From positions 106,982-170,981 of the forward strand of contig JAFXQB010000006.1 in NCBI GenBank assembly GCA_017527435.1: a DNA stretch of 64,000 bases, given 5' to 3'. A program made the translations under genes and the position numbers. Shown piece after piece: positions 45,862 through 54,701 of this stretch (position 1 is the stretch's first letter; each line of letters opens with the position of its first letter). The notes below the pieces were generated by a model that saw nothing but the letters and a program-made list of their open reading frames with translations, was not told the origin of the DNA and did no database searches. Source of the stretch: Salinivirgaceae bacterium (GTDB lineage: Bacteria; Bacteroidota; Bacteroidia; Bacteroidales; SZUA-534).

Positions 45862-46080
45862 TTAATCCTTTTTCCGTGTTCTGACAATAATCAGATACAT
45901 TGCTGCGGCCACAGCCGCTAGCGCCAGCACAACAGAGAGCAAAGGTTTTGTTCCCAGGCGGGCGTCGAGCCGGATTCCGCCCCATACGCCAAAAACAATA
46001 ATGCCAAGCATTTCGAACGCAACGCCCGAATACTTGGCATAATTGTTAACATTTTTCAGATTATCATTTTTGCTCGACAT
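45862..46080 (-). CDS. small two-TM membrane protein, AtpZ/AtpI-like
   Basis: MSSKNDNLKNVNNYAKYSGVAFEMLGIIVFGVWGGIRLDARLGTKPLLSVVLALAAVAAAMYLII fits this family. The internal ATG is preferred, because the longer ORF-track form overlaps the bactofilin gene. Confidence 0.5.
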   Translation of the reverse strand: MSSKNDNLKNVNNYAKYSGVAFEMLGIIVFGVWGGIRLDARLGTKPLLSVVLALAAVAAAMYLIIVRTRKKD

Positions 46081-46438
46081 TGGCCTGCGGTGCTTTGCTG
46101 CCGTCCATCTTGCAGTTGCCCGTGAAGGTAGCACCCGGCTCAATGGCCAGCTTCGTTGTCGAAATGTCGCCAAGAATGGCCGCCGTGCTCTTAAGCACCA
46201 GCAGTTCGGCAACAAAAATTTTGCCGTCAACCTTGCCTTCGATTTCAGAATTCTTGCAGGTAATCTGGCCGTTGATGTCGCCAGTCGGGCCAATCACAAT
46301 CTTGCCCGATATTTTAAGGTTGCCCGTCACCTTACCGTCGATGCGCATATCACCGTTGCAGTCGATATCGCCTTTGATGGTTGTTCCGCCGCCAATGATA
46401 TTAATTTGGTCGCGCAGTGATTCAGTTTCTTTTGCCAT
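46064..46438 (-). CDS. bactofilin (polymer-forming cytoskeletal protein)
   Basis: GTTIKGDIDCNGDMRIDGKVTGNLKISGKIVIGPTGDINGQITCKNSEIEGKVDGKI is a typical bactofilin beta-helix repeat. Confidence 0.8.
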   Translation of the reverse strand: MAKETESLRDQINIIGGGTTIKGDIDCNGDMRIDGKVTGNLKISGKIVIGPTGDINGQITCKNSEIEGKVDGKIFVAELLVLKSTAAILGDISTTKLAIEPGATFTGNCKMDGSKAPQANVEQK

Positions 46439-46567
46439 AGTCAGTTTAAGTTGATGTTTTCAAAAGTGCCCAAAGATAGTTTTTTATGCGGAAATCCGCC
46501 CGAAATGGCAAAAAAAACGCACCGCTGAAAAACAACGGTGCACTGTAGTATGGTTTGTCAGCAGAAT

Positions 46568-47569
46568 CTATTTCCCGTCGTACCCCCACTTCAGGTAAAT
46601 CGCGCCCCAAGTGAACCCCGCGCCGAACGACGACAGAATCAGGTTGTCGCCCTTGTGCAGACGGCTCTCCCACTCGTGCAGGCACAATGGAATGGTTGCC
46701 GATGTTGTGTTGCCGTACTTTTGGATGTTTATCATCACCTTTTCGGGCGAAAGGTCCATCTGGCGCGCCACAGCATCGATGATGCGCAGGTTGGCCTGAT
46801 GCGGAACCAGCCATGCCAGAGTGTCGGCGGTGATGCCGTTGCGCTTCATAACCTCAACCGATACGTCGGCCATGTGCGTCACAGCGTATTTGAACACCGT
46901 GCGTCCCTCCTGGTAAACAAAATGCTCGCGGTTGGCAACCGTCTCTGCCGATGCCGGACGGCACGAGCCGCCAGCCTTCATATACAAGTAGTTGCGGCCA
47001 ATGCCGTCGCTTTGCGCGATGAAATCGATAACGCCCGTCCCGTCGTTAGATGGCTCAATGAGCATTGCGGCAGCGCCGTCGCCAAAGAGCGGACAGGTTG
47101 AGCGGTCGGTGTAATCAACAATTGCCGACATTTTTTCAGTAGTCACCAGCAGCACCTTCTTAAACTGCCCCGACTCAACGTACATTTTGGCTGTGATGAG
47201 CGTGTAGATGAAGCCCGAGCAGCCCGCGTTGATGTCGAAGTGCATAGCGTTTTTGATGCCCACCTTGTCGGCGATGATGCTTGCCGTTGCCGGGAAAGGC
47301 ATATCGGGAGTTACCGTCGCGCAAAGCACCAAATCAATCTCGTCGGGATTGGTGCCTGTTTTTTCAAACAGCTGGCGCACAGCACGTTCGCCCATATACG
47401 ACGAGCCTTCGCCCTCAATTTTGAGAATATGCCGTTCCTTGATGCCCACGCGGGTGGTTATCCACTCGTCGTTGGTATCAACCATTCGGCTCAATTCGTC
47501 ATTGGTGAGCACATAGTCAGGTACATACGCGCCAATGCCGGAAATTTTTGCCCGAATCTTTTCTGTCAT
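46568..47569 (-). CDS. fabH: beta-ketoacyl-ACP synthase III
   Basis: It contains [11 protein letters not shown] (active-site Cys), [10 protein letters not shown] and GNTTSATIP motifs. Confidence 0.92.
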   Translation of the reverse strand: MTEKIRAKISGIGAYVPDYVLTNDELSRMVDTNDEWITTRVGIKERHILKIEGEGSSYMGERAVRQLFEKTGTNPDEIDLVLCATVTPDMPFPATASIIADKVGIKNAMHFDINAGCSGFIYTLITAKMYVESGQFKKVLLVTTEKMSAIVDYTDRSTCPLFGDGAAAMLIEPSNDGTGVIDFIAQSDGIGRNYLYMKAGGSCRPASAETVANREHFVYQEGRTVFKYAVTHMADVSVEVMKRNGITADTLAWLVPHQANLRIIDAVARQMDLSPEKVMINIQKYGNTTSATIPLCLHEWESRLHKGDNLILSSFGAGFTWGAIYLKWGYDGK

Positions 47570-48510
47570 TACTTATACAATTCGCAGATTTTTTCTGAAA
47601 CCTTGGCTTCAATCATTTTCTTGGTTTGCAGAATCATTGTCTTAATAGCCTTGTCGTTCGAGATGCCGTGGCCGATGAGCACAATGCCGTTGACGCCCAG
47701 AACGGGCACAGCGCCAGTGTTCTCGAAGTTGAACTTCTCGAAGAAGTCATCGGTAAGGCCTTTCTTGCGGATAATCTTGTAAAGACCTTCGGCCTCTTTC
47801 AGAACGATATTGCCTGTGAATCCGTCGGTTACAACCACGTCGGCGGGGCAGTTACCCAGCAGCTGGTTGCCCTCGATGTTGCCAATGAAGTTGAAATCCT
47901 TGGTGTCGGCCATAGCCTCGTAGGTGCTCTTGGTAACAAGGTTGCCCTTTGTCGGTTCGGCGCCGATGTTGAGCAGAGCCACTTTCGGGTCGGCAATGCC
48001 GTACATCTGCTTTGCATAAACAGAGCCGATTTGAGCGTACTGATAGAGTACGTCGGGGCGGCAGTCGGCATTCAGGCCCACATCGAGCAGCAGCGTCGGG
48101 GTGCCCTCGAACTGCGGCATCTCGCTTGAGATGCACGGCCGGATTACTCCCGGAATGGCCTTGATTGTGTACATTGCGCCAACGAGCATTGCCCCGGTGC
48201 TACCGGCGCTCGCAAATCCGTCTATCAGCTTTTTCTGAAGATAGCCGAAACCAACGGTGATGCTTGAGTTCGGTTTGGCTGTGAAAGCCTTTGCGGGATG
48301 GTCGCCCATCTCGATAACCTCCTGTGCGTCAACAATGTCGAACGCGCTTGCGTCGAAATTCTCGCGCTGGCAGATGGCCTCAATTTTGTCTTTCGGACCG
48401 AACAGCACCAATTTAACATCAGCGGGAAGCTCTTTCTGCGCTAAAATCGAACCTAAAACGGTTGCTTCGGGCGCAAAATCTCCTCCCATTATGTCAACTC
48501 CGATTCTCAT
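47569..48510 (-). CDS. plsX: phosphate acyltransferase
   Basis: [14 protein letters not shown]... and [13 protein letters not shown] motifs are present. Its stop overlaps the fabH start by 1 nt. Confidence 0.92.
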   Translation of the reverse strand: MRIGVDIMGGDFAPEATVLGSILAQKELPADVKLVLFGPKDKIEAICQRENFDASAFDIVDAQEVIEMGDHPAKAFTAKPNSSITVGFGYLQKKLIDGFASAGSTGAMLVGAMYTIKAIPGVIRPCISSEMPQFEGTPTLLLDVGLNADCRPDVLYQYAQIGSVYAKQMYGIADPKVALLNIGAEPTKGNLVTKSTYEAMADTKDFNFIGNIEGNQLLGNCPADVVVTDGFTGNIVLKEAEGLYKIIRKKGLTDDFFEKFNFENTGAVPVLGVNGIVLIGHGISNDKAIKTMILQTKKMIEAKVSEKICELYK

Positions 48511-48563
48511 TTTTTGAGCAATTTTTGTTAATCAAGGTTCATTCTCGCTGTCAAGGCAGCTTG

Positions 48564-48746
48564 TTAGGCAACGGTTTTCTCGATTGCCAGTTTGCCACGA
48601 TAGTAGCCGCACTCAGGGCATACGTGGTGATATTCAACGGGTGCACCGCAGTTTGAGCATACAGCTACGGTTGGTGCAACTGCCTTGTAGTGAGTTCTCC
48701 TCTTGCGACCTCTTTCTTTAGAGTGTCTGTGTTTTGGATGTGCCAT
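48564..48746 (-). CDS. rpmF: 50S ribosomal protein L32
   Basis: MAHPKHRHSKERGRKRRTHYK...CSNCGAPVEYHHVCPECGYYRG. Confidence 0.95.
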   Translation of the reverse strand: MAHPKHRHSKERGRKRRTHYKAVAPTVAVCSNCGAPVEYHHVCPECGYYRGKLAIEKTVA

Positions 48747-48758
48747 TTTTGTAATATT

Positions 48759-49274
48759 TTAATTAATCAAATCTTTCAATTTATCCCATCGCGGGTCAGT
48801 TTCCTGACTGTCGGTTTGAGTTGCACGTATTTCGTCGAGCCGCTGAAGCATCTCCGGATTGCAGGTCGAGTTGCCGTTTTCGTCGTCAGGGTGATATTTC
48901 TGAAACGGAACGGCAAGGTTGATGAACTCGTAGATGTACTGCCGGATGTCGAGACGGGTGTCGTTGCGCGGAATGACCACCATTTCGTCCGACACTTCGC
49001 CTGGCTCGTCGCCCGGCACGAAGGTCAGATGCGCAGTGTACTCGAGCGGCATCTCGAACTCGTCGAGACAGCGGTCGCACACTACAGTGGCATTGCCCTT
49101 CAGACTGAAAACAGTGTCAACACCCGTGCTGCGCTTTGTCAAGTCGACAACAACGTGGATTGAGCACTTTTTCACCTCCGACTCCAGAAACGGTTCAAAG
49201 AACTTATCGGCAACGTCAAACTCATATCGATGTTTGCCATCTTTTAAATCGTTGATTGGAATTATGTAGTCCAT
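48759..49274 (-). CDS. YceD/DUF177 family protein
   Basis: It sits in the conserved position upstream of rpmF-plsX-fabH. It has the CDRCLDEFEMPLE motif. The start MDYIIPINDL at 49274 follows a '-7' box. Confidence 0.8.
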   Translation of the reverse strand: MDYIIPINDLKDGKHRYEFDVADKFFEPFLESEVKKCSIHVVVDLTKRSTGVDTVFSLKGNATVVCDRCLDEFEMPLEYTAHLTFVPGDEPGEVSDEMVVIPRNDTRLDIRQYIYEFINLAVPFQKYHPDDENGNSTCNPEMLQRLDEIRATQTDSQETDPRWDKLKDLIN

Positions 49275-49295
49275 ATCAAGCCTAAAAAATTCGTG

Positions 49296-49303
49296 CAAAA
49301 GTA
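49296..49303 (-). promoter_or_regulatory. '-7' box TACTTTTG for the yceD-rpmF-plsX-fabH operon
   Basis: A perfect TAnnTTTG on the minus strand lies 21 nt upstream of the ATG at 49274. Confidence 0.4.
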
Positions 49304-49573
49304 AAACTAAATATCGAATTCGGAAAAAAGGGCGCAAAAATTGTATTTATGCCCATAATTTCCGAATTTTCAATCAGTTAGCGATTGGTGACAAACCACC
49401 ATTAAAGCGCACGATTATACTTCGACCATCAAAAAAAGCAAAATTTATGCCAAATTTTCAACAAACAATTGTTGAATTAAAGAGCCGAAACGTCGTTTTG
49501 CGTTTGCCGAAAAAATCTTTCGGGTATACTATATAATATTGTGCCCCGATTGTTGATTTGTCAGTCTGGATAT

Positions 49574-50185
49574 TTACTCGCAGACGTACTTTTCAATCAG
49601 TGCTTTCAGTTCCTGCAGGTTGCGGGCAACGGGGAACTGCGGATAGTCGCGCACCACATTGTCGGGCGGGCAGTAGAGAATGCCAACGTCGGCTGATTCA
49701 ACCATTGGAATGTCGTTGTATGAGTCACCGAAGGCAAGCACCTTATATTTAAGGCTCTGGAAGGCTTCAACGGTGCGGCGCTTGGGGTCGGGCTGGCGCA
49801 GCTTGTAGTCGACAACGCGGCCGGTGGCGTCAATTTCGAGCGAGTGGCAGAGCAGAAACGGATTTTCAAGTTGCTCCATCAAGGGTTTGGCAAATTCAAC
49901 AAACGTGTCGGACACAATGGCGAAACGCGTAACCTTGCGCAGCCATCGGGTGAACTCGAGCGCGCCGTCCAAAGGCTTCATTGTGGCGATAACTTCTTGA
50001 ATGTCTTGAATTTTCAGATTGTGCTCGTCGAGAATTTTCAGACGATAGCGCATCAATTCGTCGTAATCCTTAATGTCGCGTGTTGTTAGTTTCAGCGCAT
50101 CGATGCCGGTTTTTTTTGCGAAGTTTATCCAGACTTCCGGCACGAAAACACCTTCCAAATCAGCGCATACAATCCACATAACCAA
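49574..50185 (-). CDS. ThrH-like HAD phosphatase (phosphoserine phosphatase/homoserine phosphotransferase family)
   Basis: CADLEGVFVPEVWINFAKKTGIDALKLTTRDIKDYDELM...AFGDSYNDIPM closely resembles my recollection of Pseudomonas ThrH. Confidence 0.7.
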   Translation of the reverse strand: MVMWIVCADLEGVFVPEVWINFAKKTGIDALKLTTRDIKDYDELMRYRLKILDEHNLKIQDIQEVIATMKPLDGALEFTRWLRKVTRFAIVSDTFVEFAKPLMEQLENPFLLCHSLEIDATGRVVDYKLRQPDPKRRTVEAFQSLKYKVLAFGDSYNDIPMVESADVGILYCPPDNVVRDYPQFPVARNLQELKALIEKYVCE

Positions 50186-50223
50186 TATGTTATAAATCAG
50201 TTCTACTAATAATTTGACTTTTA

Positions 50224-50231
50224 CAAAAGTA
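50224..50231 (-). promoter_or_regulatory. '-7' box TACTTTTG for the thrH-like gene
   Basis: A perfect TAnnTTTG on the minus strand lies 38 nt upstream of the ATG at 50185. Confidence 0.4.
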
Positions 50232-50428
50232 TGTTTTTTTTGTTCAAAACCTTATTTGGGATGAGTAATGTTGTGAGCGGTGTGCACAAACGGACACACA
50301 TATAATACACATGGCACAGATACAAGCCGTCCGGCTTTGTTAATATTATGTTGTTAAAAAAAACGGCGGGCTGTGCGGCGTACAGCGCAAAAGGCTACTT
50401 TTAGCACCCAATAAAATACCATACCACT

Positions 50429-50821
50429 ATGAGCGAAGAACAAACAAAAGTCAGATATTCCGATGAGGAACTGGCGGAATTCAAACAGATAATACTTGAG
50501 AAACTTGCGAAGGCGCAAGAGGAATACGACATTCTGTGCCAGACGCTTTCGCACTCTGACGGCAACGACACTCTCGACACATCGCCAACCTTCAAGGTTC
50601 TGGAAGAGGGTGCAAGCGTATTGTCGCGTGAGGAAACCGGCCGGTTGGCGCAGCATCAGGAAAAGTTCATTCAGCACCTGAAAGCCGCTCTGATCCGCAT
50701 CGAAAACAAGACCTACGGCATCTGCCGCGAGACAGGTCAACTGATCCCGAAAGAGCGTCTGCGCGCTGTGCCGCATGCCACATTGAGTGTTGAGGCAAAA
50801 AACAGCAGCAGCAAGAAATAG
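50429..50821 (+). CDS. DksA/TraR family regulator with a degenerate zinc finger
   Basis: It has a coiled-coil N-terminus and a C-terminal IENKTYGICRETGQLIPKERLRAVPHATLSVEAK. Only one of the four canonical Cys residues is present. Confidence 0.75.
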   Translation: MSEEQTKVRYSDEELAEFKQIILEKLAKAQEEYDILCQTLSHSDGNDTLDTSPTFKVLEEGASVLSREETGRLAQHQEKFIQHLKAALIRIENKTYGICRETGQLIPKERLRAVPHATLSVEAKNSSSKK

Positions 50822-50849
50822 TTTGGATAAAAAAGCTGAATGCTAACAT

Positions 50850-50891
50850 GCCACAATGCCCATGCCGACACATTGGCTTTGTGGCTTTTTT
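50850..50891 (+). terminator. terminator/attenuator hairpin between the dksA-like gene and lspA
   Basis: GCCACAA...TTGTGGC forms a 7-bp stem, with 3 inner bp closing a 14-nt loop, followed by T6. Confidence 0.5.
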
Positions 50892-50904
50892 AATTGAATA
50901 AGTT

Positions 50905-51543
50905 ATGAGCAAAGGAAAATTCGCCATTATCATCATTGCGGCGGTTTTGGTGCTTGACCAGGTCTTGAAAATCTGGATTAAAACCCATATGGCCATTGGC
51001 GAAGAGATTCACGTTGCCGGCAACTGGTTCATCATCCATTTCACCGAGAACAACGGAATGGCATTTGGCATTGAACTGTTCGGTCGGGCGGGGAAATATC
51101 TGCTCAGTATTTTCCGTATTGCCGCCGTGGGATTTCTCGGCTACTATCTTTTCCAACTCACAAAGCGCAATGTGTCAATGGGTTATTTTGTATGCGTTGC
51201 ACTCATTTTGGCGGGTGCCGCCGGCAACATCATCGATTGCGCTTTCTACGGACTGATTTTCGACCACAGTTGGAACAACATCGCTCAGTTTGTGCCGTTC
51301 GGGACGGGCTACTCGAGTTTTCTTCAGGGCCGCGTTGTAGATATGCTCTATTTCCCAATCATTCAGGGACATTGGCCTGCGTGGTCACCTATCAACCCCA
51401 CTGAAGAGTTCATCTTCTTCCGCCCGGTGTTCAATCTTGCCGACTCGGCCATTACCTGTGGAATGATTTGGCTGCTGCTCTTCGAACGTAAAAACCTGCA
51501 GTCGGAACTTGAGTTGGGCTCGAGGAAAAAAGACAAAAAATGA
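50905..51543 (+). CDS. lspA: lipoprotein signal peptidase (signal peptidase II)
   Basis: NNGMAFG and NLADSAI motifs are present, with four TM segments. Confidence 0.9.
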   Translation: MSKGKFAIIIIAAVLVLDQVLKIWIKTHMAIGEEIHVAGNWFIIHFTENNGMAFGIELFGRAGKYLLSIFRIAAVGFLGYYLFQLTKRNVSMGYFVCVALILAGAAGNIIDCAFYGLIFDHSWNNIAQFVPFGTGYSSFLQGRVVDMLYFPIIQGHWPAWSPINPTEEFIFFRPVFNLADSAITCGMIWLLLFERKNLQSELELGSRKKDKK

Positions 51544-52883
51544 TGAACTGGAAACAACTTCTATCGACACGCCGCTACGGCAAAGACGAAGATCCCAAGG
51601 CCGATCTTGAGATTATCCGCACTAACTTTCAGCGCGACTATGACCGGCTGATTTTCAGTTCGGCCTTCCGCCGCCTGCAGAATAAGACGCAGGTTTTTCC
51701 GTTGCCGGGAAGTGTTTTTGTTCATAACCGTCTGACACACAGTCTTGAAGTGGCTAGCATTGGCCGCTCGCTGGGTAATATTGTGGCGCGGCGCATTGAA
51801 CCCGAAGTTGAACTTGATGTCCGCCCGCTGATTGGCGAGCTGGGAACTATTGTGTCGGTGGCCGGTCTGGCTCATGACCTTGGCAACCCGCCGTTCGGGC
51901 ATTCGGGCGAGAGCGCCATATCGAACTTTTTTGAGAACGGCGGTGGACAGTGCCTGAAATCGGCAATGACGGAAGCCGAATGGGCAGACCTGACCAATTT
52001 TGAAGGCAACGCCAATCTGCTGCGGCTGCTCACGCACCAGTTCAAAGGGCGCCGCCCGGGAGGAATGTCGCTCACCTACGCCTGTATGGCGGCAATGATT
52101 AAATATCCGTTTGCATCGACAGAACGCACACGCAAGGGCAAATACGGTTTTTTCCAAAGCGAGAAGGATGCTTTTAAATCGATTGTTACCGAAACGGGTC
52201 TGACCTGTACCGACAGCACCCGTGGAATCTATGCCCGCAGTCCGCTGGCCTACCTGATGGAAGCCGCTGACGACATCGCCTATATGATTATGGATATTGA
52301 AGATGCCTACAAACTCGGCATCTTGTCGTTCGATGAGACTTTCGACCGTCTGTCGAGTTTTTTCGACGGTCACAACCTTGAAATTTTCAAGACAAAGCTC
52401 GATTCGGTAAAGGATGTTGTCACAGACAGCAACGAGCTGGTGGCCTTTCTGCGCGCAATGTCAATCAACCATCTGACCACACGCACGTCGGAAGTGTTCC
52501 TGAGCAACCTTGGCGCTATTATGGAAGGCAGGTTCGAAGGCTCGCTGGTAAAAAATCTGCCCGAAAAAATTGAAACCGAATACGAAGAGAGCAGCAATAT
52601 GTCTGTTCGGAAAATCTACAACAACCGCTCGGTGGTGAAGGTTGAGATAACGGGCTACAACGTGCTGAAAACGCTGGTTGAAGAGTTCCTGCAGGCAACT
52701 ATGGAACCTAACTCAAACTATTCGCGCAAGCTGTTGCAGCTTATCCCCGAACAGTACAAGACCGAAACCGATTCAACTTATGATAAGTGCCGCTCAACGC
52801 TCGATTTCATTTCGGGAATGACCGACCTTTACGCAATGGACCTTTACAAACTCATCAGGGGCGTCAATACGCTGGTCATTTAA
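51540..52883 (+). CDS. dgt: dGTP triphosphohydrolase (HD-domain dNTPase)
   Basis: F(Q/R)RDYDRLIFSSAFRRLQNKTQVF, NRLTHSLEV and HDLGNPPFGHSGE motifs are present. The start overlaps the lspA stop as ATGA. Confidence 0.87.
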   Translation: MMNWKQLLSTRRYGKDEDPKADLEIIRTNFQRDYDRLIFSSAFRRLQNKTQVFPLPGSVFVHNRLTHSLEVASIGRSLGNIVARRIEPEVELDVRPLIGELGTIVSVAGLAHDLGNPPFGHSGESAISNFFENGGGQCLKSAMTEAEWADLTNFEGNANLLRLLTHQFKGRRPGGMSLTYACMAAMIKYPFASTERTRKGKYGFFQSEKDAFKSIVTETGLTCTDSTRGIYARSPLAYLMEAADDIAYMIMDIEDAYKLGILSFDETFDRLSSFFDGHNLEIFKTKLDSVKDVVTDSNELVAFLRAMSINHLTTRTSEVFLSNLGAIMEGRFEGSLVKNLPEKIETEYEESSNMSVRKIYNNRSVVKVEITGYNVLKTLVEEFLQATMEPNSNYSRKLLQLIPEQYKTETDSTYDKCRSTLDFISGMTDLYAMDLYKLIRGVNTLVI

Positions 52884-52929
52884 GTACAGGAAAGCAAATC
52901 TTTGTTTGTCAACACATTGCCGTAGTCTA

Positions 52930-53964
52930 TTACACCGGCAATTGGAAAAGATTTCCCACCACAAACAGCAGAATGTAGGCCGTGATTCCGGCAATGATGG
53001 GTGTGGCAATCCATCCCAAAACAATGTTTATCAGCACTTTGTACTTGATGCTTCGCCCGCCCTTTAGCAGACCGATGCCCACAATTGAGCCTATGACAAC
53101 CTGCGTGCTCGACACCGGTACTTGCGGAATGCGCCCCAGGCCAAGGCTGGCAATGGCGTCGGACAGTCCTTTCGACGAGAAGATGAACAGCACCAGACTC
53201 TGCGCCAGCACCACCACCATCGCCGTCTCGGCCGAGAGTGGCATAAGGTCGTTGCCCACAACCTTCATAGTGCGCTGCGAGTAGGTGAAAATGCCTACCG
53301 AAATGGCCACAGCGCCAAGGAAGAACAGCTGCTGGCTGCTCGACAGTGTCAGTGGTCCGATGCTCAGTGCGGGCAGACTGACGGCATTCACAAACACGCC
53401 CATCACGTTTACTATGTTGTTGGCACCCAAACTGTAAGCACCAAAAGCGCCAATGAGCAAAAGCAGAATCTTCAGCACGGTGTGCTTCCATAGCAGGTGC
53501 AAATGCAGACGCTTAAAGGCTTCGTGGACAATCAGGTACAAAATGACAGCAAACACCGCACCAAGCAGCATTCCAACCACCCACGACGAAGCAATCTTAC
53601 CCAGCAGAACGGTGTCGGTTGAGCGTCCCGCAAAGAAGTTCCACCCGATGATGGCGCCCACAATGGCCTGCGATGTTGAGACAATCAGGCTCGATTTCAC
53701 CATCATGAAAATGGCGAGTGCCGACGCCAGCGCAACGGTGAACGCGCCCGCCAACTGGTCGATGGTGCCAAGGCGGCCCAGAGTGTCGGCTCCGCCTTCG
53801 CCCTGAAAGGTTGCGCCGATAATCACAAAGATGCTCGCCACAATGGCTGCCGTGCGGAACCGCACCATACGCGTGCCCACCGCCGAGCCAAAAATGTTGG
53901 CTGCGTCGTTGGCGCCAAGGCTCCAGCCCAGAAACAGTCCGCTCGACAGGAAAAGCAATAGCAT
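52930..53964 (-). CDS. inorganic phosphate transporter, PiT family
   Basis: GANDAANIFGSAVGT at the N-terminus and GANNIVNVMG in the second half are the duplicated PiT signature. Confidence 0.9.
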   Translation of the reverse strand: MLLLFLSSGLFLGWSLGANDAANIFGSAVGTRMVRFRTAAIVASIFVIIGATFQGEGGADTLGRLGTIDQLAGAFTVALASALAIFMMVKSSLIVSTSQAIVGAIIGWNFFAGRSTDTVLLGKIASSWVVGMLLGAVFAVILYLIVHEAFKRLHLHLLWKHTVLKILLLLIGAFGAYSLGANNIVNVMGVFVNAVSLPALSIGPLTLSSSQQLFFLGAVAISVGIFTYSQRTMKVVGNDLMPLSAETAMVVVLAQSLVLFIFSSKGLSDAIASLGLGRIPQVPVSSTQVVIGSIVGIGLLKGGRSIKYKVLINIVLGWIATPIIAGITAYILLFVVGNLFQLPV

Positions 53965-53965
53965 A

Positions 53966-54616
53966 TCAAAGCATTACTTTGATTATCAGCAACGAAAGAA
54001 TATCGGCTACATCTTCGGCGGCGTCGCTCAACTGCTCCACATGGCGTGTGAAATAGCGCAACTGCTCCTGCTGTGCAAGGTCGATGCCAGGCGTCTGCTG
54101 GAAGATGACGCGCCGCAGGTCGTTGGCCGCGCGGTCGCTCTCGCGCTCGTAGAAGTAGATTTTGTTGATGTGCTCCTTGGCCGATTCGGGTGCGGTGAAG
54201 AACACCCGCACCGCAGCAACGGCTTCCATAGTGGCTTCGGCCGACATCTCGTTAAGACTCTTGAAATCGGCCTTAATGGTGTCGGGCATCTGCGGCCTTT
54301 CGACACTGAACTGCTGCAACACGTATTTGGCCTTGTCCAAAAGGTCGTCGGTTTTGTCCAAAAGGTGCAGCACATCGCTGGCAAACTGCGGTAGCAGCGA
54401 GTGCACCAGAAAATCGTTCTCAATGCCGCGCTGAAGATTATCGGCTGCCGACTCCTTCTCCTCAACCAGTCGCAGGCGCGTCTCAAAATCGGTTTCGCGG
54501 CCGTCGGTGTAGTTGTTAACGGCCTCGCGGAAGAGCAGCAGGCCGTTTTCAATCTCGTTGATAAAATTGTCGATTTGGCGAATGACCGCACCCGCCGTTT
54601 TCAAAATGCCTTTCAT
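53966..54616 (-). CDS. DUF47 family protein (PhoU-like, PiT-associated)
   Basis: It is helical and directly upstream of the PiT gene, which is the usual pairing. I prefer the start MKGILKTAGAV at 54616. Confidence 0.8.
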   Translation of the reverse strand: MKGILKTAGAVIRQIDNFINEIENGLLLFREAVNNYTDGRETDFETRLRLVEEKESAADNLQRGIENDFLVHSLLPQFASDVLHLLDKTDDLLDKAKYVLQQFSVERPQMPDTIKADFKSLNEMSAEATMEAVAAVRVFFTAPESAKEHINKIYFYERESDRAANDLRRVIFQQTPGIDLAQQEQLRYFTRHVEQLSDAAEDVADILSLLIIKVML

Positions 54617-54701
54617 AACTCTGTGTGTTATTCCGATGTCTAAGATATGGAAAAATGGCAAGATTGGTGCAAGTGCGAACAGAAAACGCTAACATTATCT
54701 A

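Noticed and set aside
46081-46293. The long (143-aa) form of the 45862-46293 ORF.
   Set aside because: The N-terminal 71 aa are Arg/Ala-rich and fully overlap the bactofilin gene in another frame. The internal ATG at 46080 gives a sensible 72-aa two-TM protein.
50340-50420. An A8 run plus a GCTGT...ACAGC hairpin (U8 on the minus strand) and an AAGCC-gtcc-GGCTT hairpin lie in the thrH/dksA intergenic region. They could mark a small RNA or a terminator.
   Set aside because: The stems are only 5 bp. On the minus strand the U-run is separated from the stem by 6 nt, and no upstream gene on that strand needs terminating. The evidence is insufficient to call an RNA.
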